A stretch of DNA of 64,000 bases, from positions 15,735,513 through 15,799,512 of the forward strand of contig MU054469.1 of NCBI GenBank assembly GCA_013239625.1, given 5' to 3'. Numbering within the stretch: position 1 is the first letter of the stretch; each line of letters begins with the position of its first letter. This document shows, piece after piece, positions 38,965 through 51,050 of the stretch. The notes under the pieces are model-generated. The model saw nothing but the letters and a program-made list of their open reading frames with translations. It was not told the origin of the DNA and made no database searches. This DNA is from Lama guanicoe. Its lineage: Eukaryota. The translations under genes and the position numbers were made by a program.

Positions 38965-39390
38965 TGTGGTGTAAATGTTAAATGCTCACCCACATCCAGT
39001 TCTTTTCTCCCCTGGGGAACATGGGTGGATTAAATTCCTAGCTTCCCTAGCGGTGGGATAGAGCCATATGACAAATTCTAGCCAATGGATCAAGGGCAGA
39101 AGTAACCTATGTTACTGCCAGGCTGGAGCATTTAATTGCTGTGTGAGATCCTCCAGGGCTCCATCTTCTCCTACTTAGTGGTTGTGGAAGCACATGCAGG
39201 TGCTGCTGGTACAGAGGTGCATTGTCAAGCCATCACATAGAGGACAGTGGCTCTGGACAGTCACATAGATCTTTAGCAGATTTTGTGTGAGCAAGGGGTA
39301 TAAACCTCTGTTGTTTTAAGTCTTTTGGATTTTCTTTGGATTTTCTGATAATTTGCTATTGCAGCATAACCTAACATAACCAAAAACACC
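38965..39390 (+). mobile_element. MLT1 solo LTR (MLT1H/I-like)
   Basis: gagccatatgacaaattctagccaatgg...gcagaagtaacc...gcatttaattgc...aacctctgttgttttaag...tgcagcataacctaac. Confidence 0.7.
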
Positions 39391-39564
39391 ACTGATTGGA
39401 AAATGTGCTAGTATTTCATATACTGTGGAGGGGGAAAAGGGGTTTCATTTATAATTGAAAGAAACCTTGTAACATATCACAATCCCAGAGATGTTAAAAT
39501 GTGGAAAGTGTGGGCCTTAGATTACATAAAATACAGATTGTTAAAAGAAATTCATTAAAGCAGA

Positions 39565-39770
39565 TTAGCATAGTGTCAAGAACTCCAAATCCAGAGTTGA
39601 ACAGAAAGTTATAGATTCGAATCCCAATAGTTGCTAGTTTGTGATTTAATAACTTAGCTAGTATAAGCCTTGTTCTTCATCTGGGAAACTGGAATCACAG
39701 TAGAAACTGCCTCATAGGGTTTTGTGGGTATTAGATGAGATAATTCTTGTAATGTGTTCAGCATAGTAAT
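39565..39770 (+). mobile_element. MIR SINE
   Basis: gcatagtgtcaagaactcc...ttcgaatccc...cttcatctgggaaactgg...cctcatagggttttgtgggtattagatgagataa. Confidence 0.65.
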
Positions 39771-42700
39771 TATTTCACATATTTTAGTCCCCATATTTGG
39801 TTAGCTCACAGAGCTTGTTCAAGATGGGCATTCATTTCAAACAACGTACAGGAAAAAGTTCTTTGTTAAGTTTATTATGTCATACTAATTGGTCAGCAAG
39901 TAACTATTAATTCCTTACCAAGCATGAAGACTGGGCCTCTGAATTAGGTGTTCTTGGAGATAACAAAGAAGCAGATCTAGAGATTGAGGGTTGAAGGCGG
40001 ATCACCTTGGGGTCTTCCCATCCACTCTGTGATGTATTTTCTGGATGAATCAGGCTAGAACGAACATCAAGAGCAACGCTGAAGGATAAAAGAAGTCACA
40101 GAAATATAGCTGAGGAATGTATGAAAGCAAAGGTCAGTCCTGTACCCATCTTGGTGACTGGCAGGGCTAGTAAAGGGAAAATTGAGGACTTTTTCTATGT
40201 CCAGGGTCTGGGGAGCATAAGAGTAAGTCATAGAAGAAAAACACGGTTCTTCGGAGATATGTATGCGATTGATCCTATCCACATAGGGTTATACTCTTAG
40301 AGACTGTATGAAGTTAATCAGGGAACATTATTGGACTCATAGTATGTCCAGATTCATAATGTAGCAACTCATAACTGTCTTCATCTATAGCACATTTGAA
40401 GAAAGCTACACCTTGTCACCAAGAAGGTGTAACAATCATCAGTTCTCAAGTTTTCTAAACTAAAAGTCTCCCACATACTTCATGAGCTTTCATTCTGTCA
40501 CTGAAGTTATACTTTATGGATTCTAATACAACATTCTCACCTCAGTTTTCTGGAGGACATATGCCTGTGAATGAACAGGTGGCTGGTTAGTATCTTTATT
40601 TTTACTGAATGCCTGAACCATGACAGAACAAGTTATTTTCTTTAAAGAAAGTATAGCTGCCTCTATATAACTCTGGGCTACAGTTCACCTTTTCTGTTTG
40701 TTTTATTCTTAACTTGTGAAACTGTATCTTAGGACTTGGGGTATATAACTTGTTATTTGATATCAGCTGAACAACAGTGAATCAATTGTAATGGTTCTGG
40801 CACCAAAGGAAACATAGGGTACTTAAATATGTTTCCAGAAGACAAAAAGCTTCTCTCTGTGTACACCTTACAACATATGTTTCCACAGTTTTGGATATTC
40901 AAAAGTCCAAAAAAAGTTTTCTCACTACTTCTCATTAAAGATCAAGAGGACGAAACAGAGAAAACAAACTCCAACCCACATATTATTTATCAGATGTTTT
41001 GGATGAAATTCAGATTGAAAAACCAAAAAGTTTCCCTCTTCTCCCTCCCTCCCTCCCTCCCGGCACACGATGCTTATTCCCCACTGCGAAATACACCCAC
41101 TGTCACACACTCCGCCGTGTATCGTTAGCGGTCCAGGAAGGGGGAGGGGGATTGTGTGAATGCAAACAAGTTTGGGCTTCTCTCGGAATCCTTGCTGCCT
41201 GCTGCCTGGGTCGTCGAAGGGCTACCGCAGGCTGGGAGACGTGGCCAGAGCACTTGGGCTCACAATCCGCGTAGGCTCCTAGAGGTTACCGGAAAAATCT
41301 TGAGTAGGGGACGCCTGAACCGCAGAACGCTCCCTGAAACCTCATCGATTCTCCTCTCTTGACATTCAGGCGTCCCGGATAACCTCCCTAGGATTTTTAA
41401 CTTTCCTCGGGGCAAGTGTTTTACGTGGACCCCTTGCACGAGCAGAGCCTGACTTGGCCCCGCTCACTCTGGCCTCCTCGCTCGCCTGGGATCCAGGAGC
41501 CACGCGGAGCGGGTGCGGCTTCTCGTCGCTTTCTCCTGATAGGGAAGAGAAGAGGAGAGAGGAGGTGCTCAGCTCTCCTGGGTACACTCCCAAGCATCGG
41601 TAATTTGGCCTTTACGAAACAAAATGATGCTAAAAGGCAAAACAGCCAACCCGGAGGTGCTCAGCCCTCCCGAGTACGTTCCTAAATAGCTCTAATTCGA
41701 TGTTTAAGAAACAAAACAATGACAAAATGCAAATTAGGCAATATAACATTCAGGATGAGACTCGTTTGACAGGCCAAACTGAGATTTTAAAGGAAAGCTT
41801 TCTCATATCCGCACACCGAATTCATTCTATCTTTTAGTACTTGGGGAAAGAAACGGTGTAATTTTAAGTCCCACCACTGTCACAATGCACACTCCACAGT
41901 AACACGCAGTGAAACAATGGACAGCCCCATATCGCATTGTGTCAGTAATTACGAAGTGCCGCGGCAGGGGCAAGCGAAGTCGGAAGCGTCAGTGTATCCC
42001 CCCGCCGCGAGTGGGAGCAGTTAAGGGCCGCGTTTCTCACCGAAAACTCATCAAAACATTTAGGCCAGTCCCTCAACCCAGAGATGGGCAAACGACATCT
42101 GAGCTTGGCCCCGGGCGGACGTGGACTGAGAGGGCCAAAGAGGCGGCGCGCGAGCGCAGACGGAGCGATCACGACTAGGGGAGAGCAAACGCGCGCAATG
42201 AAGTCGAGGGGAAAGAGTGCACGCCAGAGGGTGGGGAGAGTCCCGTCAGGTGTGGCCAGGGCGCCTGGTCCCTGGAGAATGGAACCCCACGCGGGACACT
42301 GCACTCCTGGCTGCATCCCATCTTTGGGGGTTGGGGGTTAAACCCAGGTCACCAAGACAAGGGTGCACGCGGGGTCACAGGATAACGCANNNNNNNNNNN
42401 NNNNNNNNNNNNNNNNNNNNNNNNNNNNNNNNNNNNNNNNNNNNNNNNNNNNNNNNNNNNNNNNNNNNNNNNNNNNNNNNNNNNNNNNNNNNNNNNNNNN
42501 NNNNNNNNNNNNNNNNNNNNNNNNNAAAAAAAGAAAGAACAGGGAGCTGAAGGCCGAGATGTCCTACTTCTAAGTGGTTCATTGAAAGGCAAAAGCTTTC
42601 TTGCAAGCACAGTCGTAGCTCACGCCGCGTTGGGGACCAGCCGAAACAAGGCGCGGAGACCTCTCCAAGGGACATTTCCAAGGGACCTCCAGCCTCACAC

Positions 42701-43439
42701 GCCCTGAGGTGGTCCCGAAAGGGGGACACTCTATACCGACAGCTGTGGGGAGGTCAGAAGACTGCGGTCTCCTTCTCCCGAGACCCCAGCTCTGCCAGTC
42801 AGAGGCGGGGAGCTCAGTCCACCTTCCCCAGGCGGAGAAAAGCGGCCCTCTAGCAATGCGACCTCAGGTCCCCGCGCTCTCAAACAGCCCAACCTCCTCC
42901 CCTCCTCCCCCCACCCCCATTCATTTTTCCTCAGCAGCTTCTAGTTCCGGCTCAAAACCCAACTCCAAGCACACTCGAGCCCACATCACGGAGCTAAGGG
43001 GAACAACCAGGGTCTTAGCGGGCCCGGGGGCCTCCATGCCGAGGTGGCGGCCGCCGAGGGGCGCCGCGTCCCGCCGGTGCCAGCCGCAGATGAGCCCTTG
43101 GCCACGAGCAGCCCCCTGAGCCGCGCAGCATCCGCGTCTACAGTGACGGTGGAAGCCACGCCCGCTCTGGAGCTGGGGGCAGTCCCAGCCCCCCCACCTT
43201 CTCCCTGCCCGCCCGCCCCCTCCTCCCCGNNNNNNNNNNNNNNNNNNNNNNNNNNNNNNNNNNNNNNNNNNNNNNNNNNNNNNNNNNNNGCTGGCGCGCT
43301 CTCTCGGGTGGACACAGACTCCACGCACGCACGCCCAGAGCCGCTCTCTCCGCGCCCGGCCCTCGTTCCCCTCGCCCATGCAGACGGACAGAGCGACGGA
43401 AGATGGCTGACGACTCCACGGGGCACCGAGAATGCAGCC

Positions 43440-43479
43440 CGGCGGCGGCGGCGGCGGCGGGAGCGGCGGCAGCAGCTGC
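43440..43479 (+). repeat. SOBP: (CGG)n / GCN-rich triplet repeat in the SOBP 5' leader
   Basis: cggcggcggcggcggcggcgggagcggcggcagcagctgc, followed by N. Confidence 0.9.
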
Positions 43480-43577
43480 NNNNNNNNNNNNNNNNNNNNN
43501 NNNNNNNNNNNNNNNNNNNNNNNNNNNNNNNNNNNNNNNNNNNNCCAGCACCGCTACCTCCGCCAGCATTGCCACCA

Positions 43578-43769
43578 NNNNNNNNNNNNNNNNNNNNNNN
43601 NNNNNNNNNNNNNNNNNNNNNNNNNNNNNNNNNNNNNNNNNNNNNNNNNNNNNNNNNNNNNNNNNNNNNNNNNNNNNNNNNNNNNNNNNNNNNNNNNNNN
43701 NNNNNNNNNNNNNNNNNNNNNNNNNNNNNNNNNNNNNNNNNNNNNNNNNNNNNNNNNNNNNNNNNNNNN
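43578..43769 (+). CDS. SOBP: Inferred position of SOBP coding exon 1 (hidden in an N block; not readable)
   Basis: Positional inference only. The block follows GC-rich leader sequence (ccagcaccgctacctccgccagcattgccacca) and precedes intron-like sequence. The expected MAEMEKEGRPPENK start is not visible elsewhere in the window. Confidence 0.5.
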
Positions 43770-44508
43770 TATATTTGGACTTCGGGGCTGGAGAGACTGA
43801 GCTCTTTCTTCCGTCTGCTCCCTTTGGGCCGTTGTATGGATTTGGGGGGTACAGGGGAGCGCTTGTCAGTTTCTGTAGGATGCCCAGAACGCCTCAGCTC
43901 CTCCTCCAGGTGCAAAACAGAGGCCAACTCGCGGGTTGCGTCCCCGAGATTTGCCTATCTCAGATTCGATGAGGGTGGGGGGCGGCTGGGAGACCATATA
44001 CTATTTAACCTTATAAACCCCTGGTTGGTACACGCGCGTTTCAGAGGGAGGGGACCGGGGGCCCATGTGGCGTGTGGGCATGGTGAAGAGACTCCCTAGT
44101 CGGTGGAATAGTTTTTCCCTCTTCTTCGGGAACCATCCTTTGGATCTCTCCAAAGTTAGGAGCCACCGGGCCGAGGCACCTCGGGAGCGCACAATTTCCC
44201 CCTCCCCCCAGTTCATCTCCCGGCTCCTCGATGCCGCTTCTCCCCTAGTAGCCAGCTGCGAGGGTATGAAGAGGCTGTCAAGTGCCGAAGCGAGTTGCGG
44301 CCCGAGCGGCGCGGGTCGGGTACCGTTTTGACGGCCGGCTCGCCTCGCCCGCCCCTGCCCGCTCCTCTCACTCGGCGGCCTCTGCCTCCCGCTTGCCTTT
44401 GCATGCTCCACTTCCCAGTTAAGCGGACCTGGGCAAGATCCACTGAAAGATAGCTGTCTGAGGGGCGGCCTTCGCAGAGCGCCTGCCCATTGTTCCGAAA
44501 GGCCAGCC

Positions 44509-44549
44509 CCGAGTCCTGTCGGCGAGGCCGAGTCCTGTCGGCGAGGCCG
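44509..44549. repeat. Perfect 19-bp tandem duplication
   Basis: ccgagtcctgtcggcgagg x2 followed by ccg. Confidence 0.9.
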
Positions 44550-47500
44550 GGCTCCCCGCCAAGCCAGCGGTGCTCCAGAGGTGGCAAGGGCAGCAGCCTG
44601 ACGCTCCAGCTGTTCGCGTTGGAGTGATTGCTCAAGACCGCTCAGCTCCGGACCTCCCTTGTCCCCCCACTTATTTTTCACGGAGTTGCAGCTTTCACGC
44701 GGCGAGGGTTTTATTTTGTGTTGATTTCATGAATCCCTTTTTATTTTTTTAAATTCTTTTATTTGTATTTTTTGTCTTTCTGTAAGTTACTAACAAGTAG
44801 CAGATTTCGGGGAGGGACTTTAGTTTTCATTCTGCAGCCGTCTTGGTGTTCCCCATCTTCTGCATAGAATCCTTAACACTGACAACTGACTTGGTCAGCT
44901 TGGTTGAATTTGTATTTAAAAGACAAACGATGAAAATGGCAAGCAACTAAGTAAAATTTCTTGCAGTTTGACCTTGTCTTGATTAGAACAAGTATATTCT
45001 CAGAAGGTGCCTTGTATGAAGCCCGTATTTAGAAAGGGGCACATGGATAATACAACCTGTATGTGTACTTAGGTGCATATGCTTAGTGTTCCTTTCTTCT
45101 AGAAAATGTCTGTAGCAATCTACATCTTGGAATTAGGGTTTTTATTTTGGGGTGAGGCCATTCCTTGGGATAGAAACCACCGTTGATTCCACTGATAGTT
45201 TTTTTTTTTTAAAAAAAGAGACTGGTAGGAGTTGTTGTCTTCCCATGGGGGTGGAATTCAAACAGCCTACAATAACCATGATTCCTTACTCGCCCTTCTC
45301 TCCTGTCCTGCGTTTCCAGATTACTTTTCCATTTCATTTTAAATAGGGGGTGGAGGAAGAGGAGAGAGGTGAAGCCACTAAGAAATCACAGTGTGTGCTG
45401 GCCCNNNNNNNNNNNNNNNNNNNNNNNNNNNNNNNNNNNNNNNNNNNNNNNNNNNNNNNNNNNNNNNNNNNNNNNNNNNNNNNNNNNNNNNNNNNNNNNN
45501 NNNNNNNNNNNNNNNNNNNNNNNNNNNNNNNNNNNNNNNNNNNNNNNNNNNNNNNNNNNNTGACTTTGGCTGNNNNNNNNNNNNNNNNNNNNNNNNNNNN
45601 NNNNNNNNNNNNNNNNNNNNNNNNNNNNNNNNNNNNNNNNNNNNNNNNNNNNNNNNNNNNNNNNNNNNNNNNNNNNNNNNNNNNNNNNNNNNNNNNNNNN
45701 NNNNNNNNNNNNNNNNNNNNNNNNNNNNNNNNNNNNGAATTTCCTCTTTTAAAAATGTTATTTTTTTTCCCAAATCACCACCTACTATTTGAAATTTTAA
45801 TCCTCATCATTTCAGTACAGAGTAGCATTAAATAAGAAGTTTTATGCAGCAAATAACTCAATTGCCTGAAGGATCAGTATTTTCTCCCTACTTTAGAGCA
45901 GTGTATAAGAGAGATCTCTGGTGGAAATCTTCAGCTGTGTCAATGGACACCATGCCAGAGAGACATGAAATCCCATTTCTAGCAGAATTGTTCAGTATGC
46001 ATTCTTCTAATATAATAGCACCCAAAGTCCTCTTTTAAAAGGTGATTTCGTTAAAGTCAAAAGGTGGAAGGGTTATTTTGAGCGCATTAATATTTTTCTG
46101 CTTTTAATATTAATAACCATATCAATAAAACCCCTCCCCAAACCTCGTGGCATTACCACCCATCCATCTCCCCAAACCTAAAGTGTAGAGTAACATAACA
46201 CGTTGATTGCCCTGTATAAAAATACGTGTAACAANNNNNNNNNNNNNNNNNNNNNNNNNNNNNNNNNNNNNNNNNNNNNNNNNNNNNNNNNNNNNNNNNN
46301 NNNNNNNNNNNNNNNNNNNNNNNNNNNNNNNNNNNNNNNNNNNNNNNNNNNNNNNNNNNNNNNNNNNNNNNNNNNNNNNNNNNNNNNNNNNNNNNNNNNN
46401 NNNNNNNNNNNNNNNNNNNNNNNNNNNNNNNNNNNNNNNNNNNNNNNNNNNNNNNNNNNNNNNNNNNNNNNNNNNNNNNNNNNNNNNNNNNNNNNNNNNN
46501 NNNNNNNNNNNNNNNNNNNNNNNNNNNNNNNNNNNNNNNNNNNNNNNNNNNNNNNNNNNNNNNNNNNNNNNNNNNNNNNNNNNNNNNNNNNNNNNNNNNN
46601 NNNNNNNNNNNNNNNNNNNNNNNNNNNNNNNNNNNNNNNNNCCGCGAGCTGAAAGAAAAAGGACTGGTGTGTATGTGATTTTTTTTTTCCCCTTCGGGTA
46701 ATAGAGGGGACATTGGTACAAGTGTCTATTTTAAGTACAGCAAATGCAGGGCACTGAGAATGAGCAACAAAATTGTCTCATCATAGAGATTTCCTTCAAG
46801 ATTTCCTCACTGAGATAGTCACATATTTATTTAAACATGGCTGGAGAAGGCAAATTGGCAGAGGTTTAGCTGACACCAGTAATGGCATTGGAGGTTGTCT
46901 TCATGTGGCTGGGAGCTAATGTTGGTTGCTGTTTCACTAGATCAGATATTGAGTTACATTTTCGTTATCACTGGTTTAATGCACATGGCAGTTGTAACAA
47001 ATTTAAATTTGATACAATGTAATTTTGTGTGTGAAAAGTACATGACTTGGCATAGCTTTAGTGTCCTTTAGTGAAAATAGCTTCAAGTAGAAATGTTTGT
47101 CTCATTATGACCTTTACAATGTTTCCTTATCTTTCCTTTTCTTCTTCCTCACTTCATCCTGGTTTTTCTTAATTAAAAATACTTGGTACTTTATTGTACT
47201 TATAGTCAGTCTGCCTTATTTAATTAGTGACCAATAGAGAGCATTTTAAAAAAATCAGATTGCAATGCAATTTATAAATTTTGACTACTTTCGGTTTCTA
47301 AAGCTCACATGGATTATAATAAATGGATCTTAGGAGGGAATTCTGATATATAGAAGTGTTAATTCGTTTCAGGAGTTCATCTAGAACATTATATAAAAAC
47401 TAATTTGTGATACTGGATATGTAAATACATGAATAAGTGTAAATATAGTTGCACTTAAGGGTATGTATTTTGTGCACATAGATCTTGGGGAACATGATTA

Positions 47501-50419
47501 ATGACTACCAAACAGTAATACAACTCAAAATAATCTAAACTGTGAGTAAAGAAAATGAGTCAGATTTTCATCTTTTAAAACTCTTTGACAAAACCAATGT
47601 GATTAGATCAAGCACTCTGCCTTGGACACCTTCCTAAACAAACCATAATTAATGCACTTACAATGTTTGGCTTCCTTATCAATTGTTCAGCTCCAGGATA
47701 ATCTGTGTTAAATGTCTCAGGGTCTCCTCTGCTGAAGAAGTTTTCTGTCTGTAAATGTTCTCAGTAAGTAATTTGTATCTAAAATTATGCTTCAGTCCTG
47801 TTGCCTGCAGTTAGAATCAGGCACATCTGTTAGAGTTTAGTAGTAAACTCACCATAAGATTTTTTAGTTTGGTTTCTGATGGTCTCCATTTGGCATTAAA
47901 AATGACCTGTGTTATTTGCATAGACAATAAAGCATATTGCAGAGCTGTGCTGGTGAGTGCAGTGATTTAATTAGCTTGCCATAAAAATTAAAAAAAATAA
48001 ACAACTAGAGATATCACAGTGTGGGTTGGAAAAGTCAGCATATTTAAGGTTGAAATCAGCTCATTACTAAAACAGGTATACTTCAAGTTTTTCTCCTGAA
48101 ACTCCATCCTGATGTCAGAAACAGTAAGTCTCAGGAACCTAGAAAGTGAATTTGGGACCAGATCTCACTGTGACATTCACAAATGATGTCAGACTCCCGG
48201 GCTGAGCAGTGGTGCAACGTGTGCCATGTATCAGGGCTGGGACCTGGCCCTTGCCCCTTGGAAGCTGGTATAGGATGTTCCTGAGCCTGCCAGCCCTGTC
48301 CTCCACGTTGCTGTCAGTTGTCCAGTGCAAGGCTCTAGTCTAAACCCATAAGAGAAGGTCCTGGGAGGGCACAGAGAGCTATGAATTCTGCTCTGTTCAA
48401 ACTGGAGGTTTTCTGAAAAGAGTCTCTTTCTCCATCTGTGAACCTGTGAGTATGATGTGTGGCAGAGTGAGATTCTCTAAGCCTTATACAACTCGCANNN
48501 NNNNNNNNNNNNNNNNNNNNNNNNNNNNNNNNNNNNNNNNNNNNNNNNNNNNNNNNNNNNNNNNNNNNNNNNNNNNNNNNNNNNNNNNNNNNNNNNNNNN
48601 NNNNNNNNNNNNNNNNNNNNNNNNNNNNNNNNNNNNNNNNNNNNNNNNNNNNNNNNNNNNNNNNNNNNNNNNNNNNNNNNNNNNNACCAAGAGGTAACAG
48701 AGTTTTTAAAGGAAAGTCAAAAACAGGGCCTCAAAAAAGGCAAATATCAGTGAATGCAAGTGACTGTCTGAGAAAGGAGAGTTCCAGGGAAACAGAGTGT
48801 CTTGCTAGGGTGACTAGACTTTTTATATCTTCTAAGAAAGTGTCTTTTTTATTGTCTTTATCCTTCTTTAAAAAAAAATTACTAGAAGTAGTAGAAGGTG
48901 GATCATTTGAAAATCTCTAAAGTCTAAAACTTTCTCTTGCGGAATGGGAAGTCAGCCACACTTGCACTCTCAAACTAATAAGATTATTGAATATTTTCCT
49001 AAAAGAGAAGGGATTTTACAGGCTAAAATGAAAAAAACCGCCGAACTTTGTTTTTGATGGTGCCAATTGAAACATGTAAACAGACAGGAAAGCCTGTGGT
49101 GAGTGAGATTTACTGAATGTATATTTTAGGATCTGTGGACTGATGAGTATTAATAGCTTTTACATAACTAAGGGACCGTGGAACTCTGTCCTGCTGTAAG
49201 GCCAGTGGCTTTGGCATGGACAGGAAAACAATGTAACAAGTCTTGGCGATTTTGAGGCCAGTGCTGCAGCTGTGAAAAGACACAGCTGCACACAGCTGCA
49301 CACCTGCCACGCCTGCCACAGTGTTAGCCCCAGGGCTGGTCTCTACAATTTCACAGCATTTGTTTGGCCTTTTTAGGATATTTGATGTCCTGGCCATTAA
49401 AACAGGGGATGTAATTGTTCCATGTCACAACAAGATGATAAAACAACATAGAATTTTTAATGTGGAAACACATAATTTTGGTTTCATATGACGCTTAAGA
49501 CTTTCTCCTCAGGTCTGCTCCAGGCCAGAGCTGGATTTTAGTGTTATGACATGTCCTCTGTCCTTAGAACTGCTTCATAATCATCGTGTTGTGGCTGAGA
49601 ACAGTGCTGCAAAATGACCCAAATGGAGTGCAGTGACCATCTTCAAAGGATTTTGGGCCAAAAGTCTGTGTGTAGTTCAGATGAAAACAACAGGGCTCAA
49701 TGAGTAATGTCTGCACCAAGAGTATGAATCTGGCCACTCTTGTAGCAGGCATGTGGATGTGCCTCGAATTGGACATCTGTGGGGAGCAGCTTGTCCTTAG
49801 GATACCATCTTATCCAGTGGGATCATGAGTGTGGAAGTGCTTTGTAGTCTGTAAAGGGCTCTTCCAACATTTCTTTCGCACTATTTAAATTTTTCCCGCT
49901 TCTTGGTAGAACCATAAAATATTACCGATCCACTAAGTCTGTGTTAAGAGAGATGACTTAAACTCAGCCCTTGGCCAGACCTGGGCATAGACAGAGCTAG
50001 AAACAGACTTCTAATCAAGTGTAATTCCTACTTTCTACAGAAGAAACTGCCTCCCCCTGCCCTTTTAGAATCTTAATTAGCGAGTCCAGTGATCCTTTTC
50101 ATAGAAATCTATCTCGGAAGTCAGTCAGAACCCATGAAGGTGAAAAGGGAGATAAAATAACCATAATTCTATTATTCGAACCTTAAGTGGCAGAGATACT
50201 AGCATTTTTTTCCTGCCTTGTAAATTGTTCAGGATTGGGGGTTTCCTTTTGCTTTCAAAGTATTTCTCTTATGCTTCATTTTCTTGGATAATGTATGTCA
50301 GAATGTTTTGAAGTTAAGTACTGTAACTGACAGATCCTTTTATTGTCATTAGGACTGTGGATATGACTGACATGGTTCTCTATGAGAAGACTATGTTTTA
50401 ACTAAGTTTTAATTAAAAC

Positions 50420-51050
50420 TATTTTTTATTTTTATAAAAATAGCACATGGACATGACAGATCCAATAGAATAAGCAATACAAATAAGCAAAAAGAAAAAC
50501 AAAGCCTATAATTTTCCCACCCAGACACAATTACTGTCAACATTTTGATGTATGTCTTTTCATGTCCTTTTCTATGTGTGATGTATGTTTAAAAAAAATG
50601 GTCTTATAGTATACTAACCTTCCTTTTAAAGCTTAATATATTGTTAATAGCTTTTCATGGCAGTAAAAATTTATCCATGGCATATATTTTAGTGGCAAAA
50701 TAGTATTCCATTTTAGTTATTTCATGACTAAGCTGTAATTTATTTAACCAAATTCCTATTGTTTGGCATTTATTTGTTTCTAAGAAAACAACACAGATAA
50801 ACATTCCTGAACATGCATATTTTAGCACCTATTTCCTCAGAATAGTCCTCACTCTGCTTAGAAATAAAATTGCTGAATCAAAGCGTAGATACATTTTTAA
50901 GGCTTTTGTTGCATAGAGTCAAATCATCTTTTCTAAAAGTTGAGCTAACTTGAATTCTGAATAGTCTGAGAGTTCTCATTATCAGTGGATATTGCAAATT
51001 ATTTTAACTTTCACATATTTAGTTTTAGAATCAGTTTTTCTGAATTTTGT
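50420..51050 (-). mobile_element. Old L1ME-like 3' fragment
   Basis: cccacccagacacaattactgtcaacattttg, tagtattccatttt, taatttatttaaccaaattcctattgtttggcattt, aaattgctgaatcaaag. Confidence 0.6.

Larger units (their letters stand above)
41050..44710 (+). promoter_or_regulatory. SOBP: Large CpG island containing the SOBP promoter, 5' leader and start of intron 1
   Basis: Dense CpG and GC-rich low-complexity tracts with a (CGG)n repeat at ~43440-43460. Lies ~14.5 kb upstream of the recognised SOBP exon 3. Confidence 0.85.

Noticed and set aside
42986-44681. Long ORFs of 189-351 aa on both strands across the SOBP CpG island
   Set aside because: They are inflated by N read-through and stop-poor GC-rich sequence, and they cross the presumed exon 1/intron 1 boundary. 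No recognisable protein family.
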